Source: an uncultured virus (IMG/VR IMGVR_UViG_3300002835_000092)
Taxonomy: Duplodnaviria > Heunggongvirae > Uroviricota > Caudoviricetes
DNA: 64,000 nt
Strand: one strand, 5' to 3'
IMG/VR virus record: IMGVR_UViG_3300002835_000092
The notes beneath the pieces are model-generated. The model did no database searches, was not told the DNA's origin, and worked only from the letters and a program-made list of their open reading frames with translations. This document shows positions 1-10,040 of the stretch, piece by piece. The translations under genes were made by a program, and so were the position numbers. Numbering within the stretch: the stretch's first letter is position 1; every line of letters begins with the position of its first letter.

Positions 1-81
1 ATGTTGTTAGCTGTTGTACTCATAATGTTGGGTAAGTATTATAATCCACTCCTGGCTTTAAAATGTTAGCATTATTGCTAT

Positions 82-358
82 TAATAAGTGAGGGTTTTGC
101 CCTATTGGTATTAGTACATTATATTATATTAACACATTAATATTAACTTTGGCTTCGCTCACAATCAAGTAGGAAGTTACAGATGAATATTTAATATAGT
201 TAATATGAATATGTACATACTAATAATAAGTGAGGGTTTTGAAATGTGCATCTGTTCTCAAGAGATACATATAGTAATATTAATATTCCGCCTTGAAAAA
301 TTTAGTGTTTAAAAGGTATAGGGGGATATTCGATTACTTAAAATGAGTGGGGGTTTTG
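82..358 (+). repeat. Three dispersed copies of TAATAAGTGAGGGTTTTG (82-99 and 224-241 exact; 342-358 variant AATGAGTGGGGGTTTTG)
   Basis: Direct sequence match in the non-coding region with no track ORF. Confidence 0.75.
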
Positions 359-451
359 TTTCAAGGTAGCATACACACTCAATATTTTCTTCAAAAAAAA
401 TACCAAAAAATTTTTTTACAAACTCCTTTATCAACTTCTAAATTACTTTCA

Positions 452-459
452 TACCTTTG
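452..459 (+). promoter_or_regulatory. Bacteroidota sigma70 -7 element (TACCTTTG)
   Basis: Matches TAnnTTTG; intergenic, about 30 nt upstream of ATG 491. Confidence 0.65.
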
Positions 460-490
460 TCAAAATTAATATTAATTAAAATTTATAACT

Positions 491-820
491 ATGAAAGATT
501 ATGTAAAACTTGTACAAGCTGAACAGTATCTTGGTGATAAAGAATCACTTAAAGAATTTGTAGGAGCTGAAAACTTTTTTGAAAAAGAAGATGTTATTTT
601 CATTCCAGAAGTAATTGGAGAACCAAGTATGAAATGGAAAGTGTTACCAAATGATTATATAGTTAAGACACATAAAGGTTTTGATGTATATAAACAAGAA
701 AGATTTGAAAAAGAATTTGATGAAGTAACTATTCAAGAAAGTTTAGAAGCTCCTATAGCTATTACTAAACCAATTGAAACTAAAGCTACTACTAAAAAGA
801 AAGTTGAAACTGAAAAGTAA
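491..820 (+). CDS. Hypothetical phage protein
   Basis: ORF with its own promoter and terminator; pattern VQAEQY...NDYIVK...FDVYKQERFEKEF. Confidence 0.7.
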   Translation: MKDYVKLVQAEQYLGDKESLKEFVGAENFFEKEDVIFIPEVIGEPSMKWKVLPNDYIVKTHKGFDVYKQERFEKEFDEVTIQESLEAPIAITKPIETKATTKKKVETEK

Positions 821-840
821 TACCAAGTTATTTTATATTT

Positions 841-879
841 AAGACCTATTAGACTTTGTGTTTAGTAGGTCTTTTTTTT
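841..879 (+). terminator. Intrinsic terminator
   Basis: AAGACCTATTAGAC...GTTTAGTAGGTCTT hairpin followed by a T-run. Confidence 0.8.
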
Positions 880-927
880 AGGTTATAAAATTTTTTATAT
901 TAATAGCCATTTTTTAATTTTTTATCT

Positions 928-935
928 TAACTTTG
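928..935 (+). promoter_or_regulatory. Bacteroidota -7 element (TAACTTTG)
   Basis: TAnnTTTG after the terminator, upstream of ATG 948. Confidence 0.65.
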
Positions 936-947
936 CTTCAAATTAAA

Positions 948-1352
948 ATGAATATGTTTTATAAAAAAATTCACAGACTTCCTATATATGATTCACACTT
1001 GTTTCAAGTAATTGTAGGAGATGAAACAGATAAAATAAATAAAGCTATAAATCAAAATCAAGAAGATTATTTTGCTTCTTGCTGGAGAAATAGTCATGGA
1101 CCAAGAAGACTTAAATGTATAACAATAGTTTTAGACCCAACAGATAAAAATAATCCTATTACTGCTGGTATTATTACACATGAATGTGTCCATGCTAAAA
1201 ATATGTTATTTGAGAAAATAGGTTTTAAACCTAAAACAAATAATGATGAAGCAGAAGCATATTTTATGGAGTATTTAGTAAATTATGTTACTGATTTTGT
1301 TAATAAAGTAAGAGAAAAAGAATCACTTTTAAAAACTAAAAAAGATGAGTAA
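948..1352 (+). CDS. Small zincin-like metallopeptidase domain protein
   Basis: HExxH (ITHECVHA) plus downstream EAEAY; ATG 948 preferred because TTG 933 lies inside the promoter motif. Confidence 0.6.
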   Translation: MNMFYKKIHRLPIYDSHLFQVIVGDETDKINKAINQNQEDYFASCWRNSHGPRRLKCITIVLDPTDKNNPITAGIITHECVHAKNMLFEKIGFKPKTNNDEAEAYFMEYLVNYVTDFVNKVREKESLLKTKKDE

Positions 1353-1668
1353 AGAAACATTAAACCAACAAGAAGAAATTATTACTCAACAAGATGAGAT
1401 TAATTTAGAATCATTTAAAGGGGAGTTACCTACTACCTTTATGAAAGAAGACCTTCCTGCTCCAGATTATATAATTCTTTCTGGAAAAACATTGAGGAGA
1501 AATTTTATATATCAACAAAGAGATGAATATATAAATGAACATAAAGTAGCTCCTGATGAAGATAAAATGGAAGAGTTTGCAAACAATGCGAGAAGAAAAT
1601 ATATACAAGAAGGAGATTATTCTTTAAACAAAATAACAGGAGAAGCTGTTTCATTAGGAAAATTTTAA
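1345..1668 (+). CDS. Hypothetical protein
   Basis: ORF overlapping the upstream stop, in the operon. Confidence 0.65.
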   Translation: MSKETLNQQEEIITQQDEINLESFKGELPTTFMKEDLPAPDYIILSGKTLRRNFIYQQRDEYINEHKVAPDEDKMEEFANNARRKYIQEGDYSLNKITGEAVSLGKF

Positions 1669-1678
1669 ATTAAATTAT

Positions 1679-2038
1679 ATGAGAATAATTCAAAAAACAA
1701 TGATACTTGAAAAAGAAAAGTATTATGAAATGCATTTGAAGATAATAAATTCACTTATACCAGCACCATTAAGTAATATGGAAATTAAGGTACTTGCAGG
1801 ATTTATGTCTTTAAGTGGAGATTTAGTGGAAGTAAATAGATTCAATGGTGCTGCCAGAAAATTAGTGGCATCACAACAATCCCCACCTATTTCTTCTGCT
1901 GGTATGAGCAACTACATTAAATCTCTTGAACAAAAAGGAGCAATTTATTATAATATTGATAATGTTTTAGAAATAGCTAAAATATTAGTTTGTGAAAATG
2001 AAGAGCAATTTTATCAATTTAAAATTAAGAAGAAGTAA
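1679..2038 (+). CDS. Putative winged-helix DNA-binding protein
   Basis: LSNMEIKVL...ISSAGMSNYIKSLEQKGAI resembles a wHTH. Confidence 0.5.
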   Translation: MRIIQKTMILEKEKYYEMHLKIINSLIPAPLSNMEIKVLAGFMSLSGDLVEVNRFNGAARKLVASQQSPPISSAGMSNYIKSLEQKGAIYYNIDNVLEIAKILVCENEEQFYQFKIKKK

Positions 2039-2358
2039 TGAAGATTGAAAGTCAAGAATTAATGATTGAATTTTATGAAAAGAACAAAGAATCTTTTCCA
2101 GGATTGACATTTGAACAAATGAAAGAATGTTGTGGAACTCAATATTTATATGCTAAAAAAGAAATAGAAAGTGGAAAGTTTCCTACTATTAGACTTAAAT
2201 ATTTTGGTACATTTTTAGTTTATCCTAAAAGAGCAGAAGCTATTTTAAGAAGATTAACAGTTCAATTTAAAGAATTAAAACTTGATGCAAAAACATACTT
2301 TGAAAAAAAGACTTTAATTGAAAATTTTTTACAAGATGGTACAGAAGAAAAAATTTAG
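2038..2358 (+). CDS. IHF/HU-like DNA-binding protein
   Basis: TIRLKYFGTFLV matches the HU/IHF I-x-L-x-x-FG-x-F motif; TAATG coupling. Confidence 0.55.
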   Translation: MKIESQELMIEFYEKNKESFPGLTFEQMKECCGTQYLYAKKEIESGKFPTIRLKYFGTFLVYPKRAEAILRRLTVQFKELKLDAKTYFEKKTLIENFLQDGTEEKI

Positions 2359-2638
2359 TGATATATTTGCATATTTTCAGGGTTACTATAGATATAATTT
2401 GTATTATAGCAAACACTTTAAATGGTTAATTAGGAAGCATATCTTTGAACAAATTGTTTGGAGAATAAGTGTAATGGATATTGAATGCTATGAGAAAGGA
2501 AGTTGTAAATTATGTGGTTGTGATACTACTGCTTTACAAATGGCTGACAAACAATGTGGTAAACCTTGTTATCCAAATATGATGAATAAAAAAGAATGGT
2601 TAAAATTTAAACAAAATAATTATGGAAAATTGGATTAA
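2336..2638 (+). CDS. Cys-rich hypothetical protein (possible Zn-binding)
   Basis: CKLCGC...CGKPCYP; in-frame ATG at 2336. Confidence 0.6.
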   Translation: MVQKKKFSDIFAYFQGYYRYNLYYSKHFKWLIRKHIFEQIVWRISVMDIECYEKGSCKLCGCDTTALQMADKQCGKPCYPNMMNKKEWLKFKQNNYGKLD

Positions 2639-2918
2639 TAAAGTAATCAAGGTTGGTAACATTAGACAAAATAAAATATTACCATTATCTTTTGTTGCTA
2701 CCCCATATATAAAAGAAATAACTTTAATAGTTCCTGGTTGTGGGTGTACTACCTGTGAATATGATGATAAAAAAAGAATGTTAAATGTAGTATTTAAAAC
2801 AGGTAACATACCTAATCATATAATAGGAAATCAAGAATTTAGTAAAATAATAACAGTTGTATATAAAGATGGTTCACAAGATGAATTATTTATAAATGGC
2901 ATAAAATTAAGAGAATAA
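2622..2918 (+). CDS. DUF1573-like Ig-fold protein
   Basis: PGCGCT motif in a short beta-rich protein typical of Bacteroidota DUF1573. Confidence 0.5.
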   Translation: MENWINKVIKVGNIRQNKILPLSFVATPYIKEITLIVPGCGCTTCEYDDKKRMLNVVFKTGNIPNHIIGNQEFSKIITVVYKDGSQDELFINGIKLRE

Positions 2919-3499
2919 TGGGAGCAAAAGTATTAGTAAATGATTATGTAAGATTAGCAAAAGCTAATCCAACAATAGAAAAAGAATTTGAATATTTTAA
3001 AGAATTTATATTCAATAGAACATTAGTTTGGGAAGGAGTATCTAATCCTAAAGCTGGAGGTAATCTTCACAATGTTGCTGGTGATACTGGTGGTTGGACA
3101 TTATGGGGAATTGCTTATAATTCTAATTCTGGTTTATTTAAAAATTTTGATGATTTTAAAGATACCACTTATGAAGAAGCAGCAGCTATTGCTTATACAA
3201 AATATTACAGAGCTATTAATGCTTTCATACTTCCTTTAGAAGCAAGACTTATGTACTTTGATACTGCTTATAATATGGGTAATATGAGAGCAATTAAAAT
3301 TATGCAATCTTGTGCAGGAGTTCCTCAAGATGGAGTTATTGGTCCTGTTACAAGAGAAAAAATGCAATATGTAACAGAAGAATGTTTGTTCAATAAAAGA
3401 AATACTACTTACAACAACATAGTAAGAACTAATATTAAAATGAATAAATTTATTAAAGGTTGGTTGAATAGAAGTTTAGCAATATTTAAAATCAAATAA
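2918..3499 (+). CDS. Endolysin, glycoside hydrolase family 108 with peptidoglycan-binding C-terminus
   Basis: WEG...DTGGWTLWGI, FDTAYNMG, DGVIGPVT, FIKGWLNR. Confidence 0.85.
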   Translation: MGAKVLVNDYVRLAKANPTIEKEFEYFKEFIFNRTLVWEGVSNPKAGGNLHNVAGDTGGWTLWGIAYNSNSGLFKNFDDFKDTTYEEAAAIAYTKYYRAINAFILPLEARLMYFDTAYNMGNMRAIKIMQSCAGVPQDGVIGPVTREKMQYVTEECLFNKRNTTYNNIVRTNIKMNKFIKGWLNRSLAIFKIK

Positions 3500-3500
3500 T

Positions 3501-4070
3501 ATGAGTTTATTATTTACAGTAGAAAATAAAATTGTAAGACCAAATGTTGAAACTCTTTTGATATTTCCTTTTTCAGAGATATGGGATAGAGATGATTTAC
3601 CTGGAAAACAATTAGCTATAGAAGATTTTGCTTATATAGAATTTGTTACATCAGCTAAAAAATCAAATCCTTATGCTGGTTATGCTGAAAATGTCAGAAG
3701 AGAAAAAGTTATTGCTGATATTATTACAAGACCAGACTGGATAGAAGATGATTTGATTAAACTTGCAATTGAGAAAATGATTCAGTTTCAAAAAGAAGCA
3801 TCTGTTACTTATAATTATTATATGTCAGCTAAAATTGCTGCTGAAAAAATACAAGATTTTTTCAATACATTTGATATGAAACTTGTAAACTTGAAAACAG
3901 GTTTACCTTTGTATAAACCTAAAGAAATAACTTCAACTTTAATTGATACTTCTAAAGTATTAGAAAATCTTAATACTTTGAAAGATAAAGTAGATACAGA
4001 AATATTTGAAGAAGTAAAAAATCGAGGTCAAAAAGTGGTAAGTCCATTTGCAGACCCAAACAGTTTATAA
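3501..4070 (+). CDS. Conserved protein upstream of TerL; terminase small-subunit candidate
   Basis: Position directly before terL; helical C-terminus; function inferred from synteny only. Confidence 0.45.
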   Translation: MSLLFTVENKIVRPNVETLLIFPFSEIWDRDDLPGKQLAIEDFAYIEFVTSAKKSNPYAGYAENVRREKVIADIITRPDWIEDDLIKLAIEKMIQFQKEASVTYNYYMSAKIAAEKIQDFFNTFDMKLVNLKTGLPLYKPKEITSTLIDTSKVLENLNTLKDKVDTEIFEEVKNRGQKVVSPFADPNSL

Positions 4071-4073
4071 TGT

Positions 4074-6299
4074 ATGGATATTTATGATGATGGTAAATTA
4101 GATGGTATTAGAAATCCAGATGGTATTTGGATTAACTCTCAAGTATTTAGAGAAGAAGCTCTGAATTTCAAGAAGTATAATATGTACTGTTCATCACCAG
4201 CTAATTCACCTGATTGGTTAAAATATTGGACAGAACAAAGAAGAAGATGTTTAAATGGTTATTCTGTTGGAGGAGTAAGGATTACAGGAGACCATTATTT
4301 TTATTTGAACTTCTGTCCTATTATGAAAACAGAAGAAGATGATAATGGTTTAATTAAAAATAAAAGAGCAAAGAAAGGTAAGAAAGAATTAGATTTTCCT
4401 GACTTTTGGGATGGAGATTATAATTATTATTGGTGTAGAGAAATTGCAAGAAATGGTATATTAGATTCAGGTTTAATTTTACCAGAAGAAGCAGATGAAA
4501 TATACAGTTTACCTGATTTAGAACAAGCACTTAAAATGAAAGAAGTGTTTGATTCTCTACATCTTGATGTTAAAATTGAACCAAATTATCTTTATGGTGG
4601 ATATAATCTTATAGTAGGTAAATCTCGAAGAAAAGGTTATTCATTTAAGAATGCTTCTATTGGGGTAAATAATTATCTTACAAAACCTAATAAACTTACT
4701 ATATTTGGTGCAGAAGATAAAAAGTATTTGTACCCAAAAGGTATATTTACTATGGCAAATAATTACCTTAACTTTATTTCTCAACATACTCCTTGGGTAT
4801 ATCCAAGAGATGTTATTAATCAGATAAGTAAAGGACATATCAGAGCATCTACTTTAGAAATAAAAGCAGGTGTACCTATTGAGAGAGGATTTATGTCAGA
4901 AATAATGTCTTTAACTTTTAAAGATAATCCCGATTCTGCAAGGGGAAAAGATGCTTATGACTTAATATTTGAAGAAGCTGGTTCTTTTGGTACTCCTGGT
5001 TTATTAAAAGATAGTTATGTTGCATCAGAAGATTGTGTAATGGATGGTGATATTAAAACTGGTCTTATTACAATATTTGGTACATCTGGAGATATGACTG
5101 GTGGTACAGCAGATTATGCTGAAATGCATAGTAGTCCTTTAGCATTTGGATTACTTCCTTTTCAAAATGTTTGGGATAAAGATAGTGAAGATATGAAGTG
5201 TGGTTTCTTTCATCCTATATCTTGGAATATGCCAGGACACTATGATGAACAAGGAAATTCAAATAAAGCATCAGCTATTTCATCTGAATTAGCTACAAGA
5301 AAATTTCGTGTTGATAATGGAGCAACTAATGCTGCTATGCAAAAGAGAATGCAAGAAAAACCTCTTGGTCCTTTTGAAGCATTTGGTATGGTATCAACAA
5401 ATAATTTTCCTATCATTGAATTGAAAAGAAGATTAGAAATTGTTAGAAGTAAAAATTTACATTTAATAAAAGGAACACCTGTTAATCTATTTTTTGATGC
5501 TGGTAAAAGTAAAGTGGTAGCAGAACCTATTTTAGATGGTAGTGCTAATCCTGTATATAAGATGAAACCTGATAATATTTCATTAGAAGGTTGTCCAATT
5601 ATATATGAATATCCATCAGAAGTTCCTGTTCCAGGAGCATATAAAATAGGTTATGACCCTTATAGGCAAGATAAAGGTACTTCGTTAGCAGCAATAATTG
5701 TATATAAAACTATTATAAAAGGTTCATTTACAAGAAGAAAAATAGTTGCTGAATATATAGGAAGACCAGAAAGTGCAGATGATGTAAATCATATTGCTAA
5801 ATTGTTTGCTGAACTTTATAATACTCAAGTAATGTATGAAAATGAGGTTACTCATGTAAAAGATTACTTTAGAAGAAGAAAATGGTTACACTATTTAGCA
5901 TTACAACCTGATGCTGTAATATCTAAAAATGTTAAAAATAGTAGAGTAGCAAGGGTATATGGTTGCCACATGAATGAACAATTGAAAGATGCAGGAGAAA
6001 AATATATCAAAGATTGGTTAAATGATGTTCAAGATTTTGATGAAGATGGTAAACCACAAACTACTATAGACCAAATTGATTCAATTGGTTTATTAGAAGA
6101 ATTGATTGCATATAATAGAAAAGGAAACTTTGATAGAGTTATGGCATTGATGCAAGTTATGTTTCAAGAACAAGAATCTTTATTAGGTAAAGAATATGAT
6201 GAAAAAGCTACACCAAATAAGAATGCAAAAAAACTTGTATCAATGATGGGTAATATGTATAATAAAAATAGTAGTGCATTTTATAAAAGATTAAATTAA
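4074..6299 (+). CDS. terL: Terminase large subunit
   Basis: Walker A KSRRKGYS, Walker B IFEEAG, nuclease IGYDPY, C-terminal GNFDRVMA typical of crAss-like TerL. Confidence 0.93.
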   Translation: MDIYDDGKLDGIRNPDGIWINSQVFREEALNFKKYNMYCSSPANSPDWLKYWTEQRRRCLNGYSVGGVRITGDHYFYLNFCPIMKTEEDDNGLIKNKRAKKGKKELDFPDFWDGDYNYYWCREIARNGILDSGLILPEEADEIYSLPDLEQALKMKEVFDSLHLDVKIEPNYLYGGYNLIVGKSRRKGYSFKNASIGVNNYLTKPNKLTIFGAEDKKYLYPKGIFTMANNYLNFISQHTPWVYPRDVINQISKGHIRASTLEIKAGVPIERGFMSEIMSLTFKDNPDSARGKDAYDLIFEEAGSFGTPGLLKDSYVASEDCVMDGDIKTGLITIFGTSGDMTGGTADYAEMHSSPLAFGLLPFQNVWDKDSEDMKCGFFHPISWNMPGHYDEQGNSNKASAISSELATRKFRVDNGATNAAMQKRMQEKPLGPFEAFGMVSTNNFPIIELKRRLEIVRSKNLHLIKGTPVNLFFDAGKSKVVAEPILDGSANPVYKMKPDNISLEGCPIIYEYPSEVPVPGAYKIGYDPYRQDKGTSLAAIIVYKTIIKGSFTRRKIVAEYIGRPESADDVNHIAKLFAELYNTQVMYENEVTHVKDYFRRRKWLHYLALQPDAVISKNVKNSRVARVYGCHMNEQLKDAGEKYIKDWLNDVQDFDEDGKPQTTIDQIDSIGLLEELIAYNRKGNFDRVMALMQVMFQEQESLLGKEYDEKATPNKNAKKLVSMMGNMYNKNSSAFYKRLN

Positions 6300-6305
6300 A
6301 AATGT

Positions 6306-6313
6306 TACTTTTG
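6306..6313 (+). promoter_or_regulatory. Bacteroidota -7 element (TACTTTTG)
   Basis: TAnnTTTG in the gap before the portal gene. Confidence 0.55.
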
Positions 6314-6346
6314 CAATAATTTAATTAACAATATTAAATATAAAAA

Positions 6347-8773
6347 ATGGCTGAATTAAATACAAATTTTGATACTCATAGACTTACTCGTAAAGAGAAA
6401 GAAGCTAATGATTTTCAATGGTATAAAGAAAAGATAGACAGTTATGACAAGGAAGCTAATAATACTGCTTCTGGTTATGGTGGTATTTCTGAATACAAAA
6501 GAATGAAAGTCAATTGTGATTTATATAATAATATTATTGACTTGGCTGATTTTGCTTATGTATGTACTCCTTTTGGAGCAGAAGTAGGAGAATTACCTGC
6601 AAATATGGTCAATAGAGATATTAGTTCTTATAGAATTAAAGCTCTATTAGGTATGGAGATGAAAAGACCTTTTGGTTATAAAGTATTAGCTACAAATGTA
6701 GAAGCTACAACAAGAAGAGAAGAAGAACAAAGTAAAAGAATTAGAGATTATGTAATTGAACAAATAATGTTGCCAATCAAACAACAAGTTGAATTACAAT
6801 ATCAAGAACAAACAAAAGGGCAAGAATTAACCCCTCAAGAAAAAAAAGATATACAAGACCAAATTGCTCAAGCTATACAAGCTCAAACTCCACCAGAAGT
6901 TAAGAGATATATGGAAAGAGACCATCAAGACCCATCAGAAGTTCAAGGACATCAGATAATGGAATACTTGATGAAAGAGCAAGATATTAAAAGAAAATTT
7001 AATAATGGTTGGAAATATGGTTTACTTACAGCTTATGAAGTATATTGGGTAGGTATTGTAAATAATAAACCTGTATTAAAAGTAGTTAATCCTATAAGAT
7101 TCAATTGTGATAAATCTCCTGATTTAGATTATATTGAAAATGGAGAATGGGCAGTAGCAGAATGGAGAATGTCTCCTTCTGATGTAGTTAAAACTTTTAA
7201 ATTAACTGATAAAGAAATTGATGATGTATATAAAAATCATCATAACTATAATGAAACTTATTTAAGAGAGAACTTACATGATTTCAGTAATTCTCATGTA
7301 GATATAAATCATCATACTGTAAAAGTAATTCATGTTCAATTTAAAGGATTAAGAAAAGTTGGTTGGTTAGATTATATTGATAAAGATGGTAATTTACAAA
7401 CAAGATTTCTTGTTGATGAACAATATAAATTAAATAAAGAAAATGGTGATGTAAAAATTGAGTGGGAATGGATTCCTGAAACTTATGAAGGATATAAAAT
7501 AGGTGCAGACATATATAAAAATATGCAACCTGTTCCTGGACAAACTAAAGATGTAGATACTATTTATGAATGTAAACTTTCATATCATGGTGTAATATAT
7601 GATAATACAAACTCTCAACCTACTTGTCCTATGGATAGAATGAGAGTGGACCAATATTATTATAATATTATATGGTATAGAATAGAATTACTTATGGCAT
7701 CTGACAAAGGTAAAAAAGTATTAATGAATATTAATGCTATACCTGAAAGTGCTGGTATTGATGTTGAAAAATGGCAATACTTTTTTGAAAGTACACCTTT
7801 TATGTGGTATAATCCTGATGAAGAAGGAATGACACAACAAGATGTAAATACTATTGCTAAAACTATAGATTTATCGTTAGCTTCTGATATAAATAATTAT
7901 ATCAATTTAGCTATGGCAATAGATAATAGATGTGGTAAATCTGTTGGTGTTACTGACCCTGTATTAGGACAAACTTCTGCAAGTGAATCAGTTGGGAATA
8001 ATCAACAAAATTTAATTCAAACTTCACATATATTAGAACCTTATTTTGATTTACATGCTTCTGTTAAAAAGAATGTTTTAAATTCTTTATTGACTGTGGC
8101 TAAAATAGCATACACTAATTCTAAATTAGAAGTATTAAATTATGTACTTGATGATATGTCAAGAAGAATACTTGATATAGATGTTAATTTACTTGATAAT
8201 TCTACTTTAGGTTTATTTATTGAAGATAGTGGAGAAGCACAAGAATCTCAAGAATTAGTTAGAAATCTTGCTCATGCTGCAATGCAAAATCAAACTATTG
8301 AATTATCTGATGTTTTAGCTGTTGTTAAACAAAAAGGTACTCAAGAAGCAGAAGAAGCTCTTAAAGCTGCTGAAAAAGCAAGACATGAAAGAGAAGATAC
8401 TAATGCTCAAAAACAAAGAGAATTTGATTCTGAACAAGCTGATAAAGCAAGAGAGCATGAAAAAGAAGTTTGGGCAAATGAAAAAGATAATATTATTCTT
8501 AAAGAAGAAGAAAGAAGAAAAACTGTTGTTCAAGCACAAGCTATGATGTCTATGGGATTCAATGAAAACAAAGATGTTGATAATGATGGACAATTAGATA
8601 TTATTGAAGTAATGAAAAATGCTAATGCTGTTCAAATCCAAATGGAAAAAACTCAATTAGAGAATAGAAAATTAGACCATACTATAGAAAATGATAAAGA
8701 AAAAAATAGTATAGAAAGGTCGAAAATAAATATGAATAATAATTTACCTAAAAAAACAAGTCCTAAAAAATAG
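6347..8773 (+). CDS. Portal protein
   Basis: 808 aa, directly after TerL; coiled-coil C-terminus; crAss-like gene order TerL-portal-X-MCP. Confidence 0.85.
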   Translation: MAELNTNFDTHRLTRKEKEANDFQWYKEKIDSYDKEANNTASGYGGISEYKRMKVNCDLYNNIIDLADFAYVCTPFGAEVGELPANMVNRDISSYRIKALLGMEMKRPFGYKVLATNVEATTRREEEQSKRIRDYVIEQIMLPIKQQVELQYQEQTKGQELTPQEKKDIQDQIAQAIQAQTPPEVKRYMERDHQDPSEVQGHQIMEYLMKEQDIKRKFNNGWKYGLLTAYEVYWVGIVNNKPVLKVVNPIRFNCDKSPDLDYIENGEWAVAEWRMSPSDVVKTFKLTDKEIDDVYKNHHNYNETYLRENLHDFSNSHVDINHHTVKVIHVQFKGLRKVGWLDYIDKDGNLQTRFLVDEQYKLNKENGDVKIEWEWIPETYEGYKIGADIYKNMQPVPGQTKDVDTIYECKLSYHGVIYDNTNSQPTCPMDRMRVDQYYYNIIWYRIELLMASDKGKKVLMNINAIPESAGIDVEKWQYFFESTPFMWYNPDEEGMTQQDVNTIAKTIDLSLASDINNYINLAMAIDNRCGKSVGVTDPVLGQTSASESVGNNQQNLIQTSHILEPYFDLHASVKKNVLNSLLTVAKIAYTNSKLEVLNYVLDDMSRRILDIDVNLLDNSTLGLFIEDSGEAQESQELVRNLAHAAMQNQTIELSDVLAVVKQKGTQEAEEALKAAEKARHEREDTNAQKQREFDSEQADKAREHEKEVWANEKDNIILKEEERRKTVVQAQAMMSMGFNENKDVDNDGQLDIIEVMKNANAVQIQMEKTQLENRKLDHTIENDKEKNSIERSKINMNNNLPKKTSPKK

Positions 8774-8850
8774 CTAAAAGCAAGAAATGGCTATTACACA
8801 TCAAATGATAAAAGTTCATTTTTTATTTGATTAATATAAATAAATAATAT

Positions 8851-8858
8851 TAAATTTG
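8851..8858 (+). promoter_or_regulatory. Bacteroidota -7 element (TAAATTTG)
   Basis: TAnnTTTG 7 nt upstream of ATG 8866. Confidence 0.6.
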
Positions 8859-8865
8859 TACCGTT

Positions 8866-10011
8866 ATGAGTAAAGAAACACAAAACAACGAAGAAATTGC
8901 AAACAATCAGTTTGCTGAATGGGAAACAGGAGAAACTGCTTTTTTTGAAAATACAGCAGTTGTACCTGAAACAGTAGTAGAAGCAGCATTAAAAGATGAT
9001 GTTGTAACAACTACAGAACCAAAAGAAGTTCCTGAAAAACAAGAAACACCAGCAGCTAAAGAAGATTATGTCTTTGATTTTGCTGGAGAAAATACTCCAG
9101 AAGAAGAAGTACCAGCTACTACAACTGATGATAAAACAGTCAAAGTAAAAAGTAAAGATACTTTAGAGTTCTTAAAAGAAAAAGGTCTTGTAGATTATGA
9201 ACTTGAAGAAGGTACTGAATTAACAGATGATTTAGCTGATGAGATTTTAGAAGATAATTGGGATGCTTCTATTATTGCTGGTGTAGAAGAAACTATTAAA
9301 GACCTTCCAGATGCTTTAAAAGAATTGATTAAATATTCTGCTAAAGGAGGAGATTTTACTGAATTGCTTTCTAAAATGACAACTCAAACAGTATCAGGTA
9401 TTAATAAAGATACTGATATGGAAGTTGAATCAAATCAAGTTTTAGCAATATCTTTAGATTTAAAAGACCAAGGTTATGACCAAGAATATATAGATACTCA
9501 AATTGAGTTCTTAAAAGAGAGTGGTAAATTAGCAGGAATTTCTAAAAAAGCATTTGAAAAGAAAATAGCTAAACAAGATAGTGATATTCAAGAAACTATT
9601 AAACAAGCTGAAAAAAGAAAAGAAGTTGAAAAAGAAGCACAAAAAACTTATAAAAAAGATATAACTGTGCAAATAAGTTCTTTAAATGATATTAAAGGAT
9701 TAGTGTTAAATAAGCAAGATAAAGAATCTTTACCTTCTTATATATCAGATGCAAATATAAAACTGCAAGATGGTAGAACAGTAACTAAATTTCAACAAGA
9801 ATTGTTTAGTATATTTGGAGACAAAGAACAAACAATATTGTTAGCTAAACTTGTAAAAGATAAATTTGATTTTTCAAGTATTACTAATAAAGAAATTACA
9901 AAATTCTCAAAAGGAATTAAAGAAGAAATACAAAATAATCAAGTTATTATAAAAGGGTCAAAAGGAAGTTCACAACAACCAAAGAAATCTTTAGCAGATT
10001 TACTTGACTAA
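8866..10011 (+). CDS. Putative capsid scaffolding/assembly protein
   Basis: Very acidic N-terminus and coiled coil; lies between portal and MCP. Confidence 0.6.
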   Translation: MSKETQNNEEIANNQFAEWETGETAFFENTAVVPETVVEAALKDDVVTTTEPKEVPEKQETPAAKEDYVFDFAGENTPEEEVPATTTDDKTVKVKSKDTLEFLKEKGLVDYELEEGTELTDDLADEILEDNWDASIIAGVEETIKDLPDALKELIKYSAKGGDFTELLSKMTTQTVSGINKDTDMEVESNQVLAISLDLKDQGYDQEYIDTQIEFLKESGKLAGISKKAFEKKIAKQDSDIQETIKQAEKRKEVEKEAQKTYKKDITVQISSLNDIKGLVLNKQDKESLPSYISDANIKLQDGRTVTKFQQELFSIFGDKEQTILLAKLVKDKFDFSSITNKEITKFSKGIKEEIQNNQVIIKGSKGSSQQPKKSLADLLD

Positions 10012-10040
10012 TATTAATTAAAATTAATCTATAAACAATT

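Noticed and set aside
901..8796. TAATAGCCATTT (901-912) and its reverse complement (8785-8796), each upstream of a promoter
   Set aside because: Only two AT-rich 12-mers, in opposite orientation and at different distances; could be chance.
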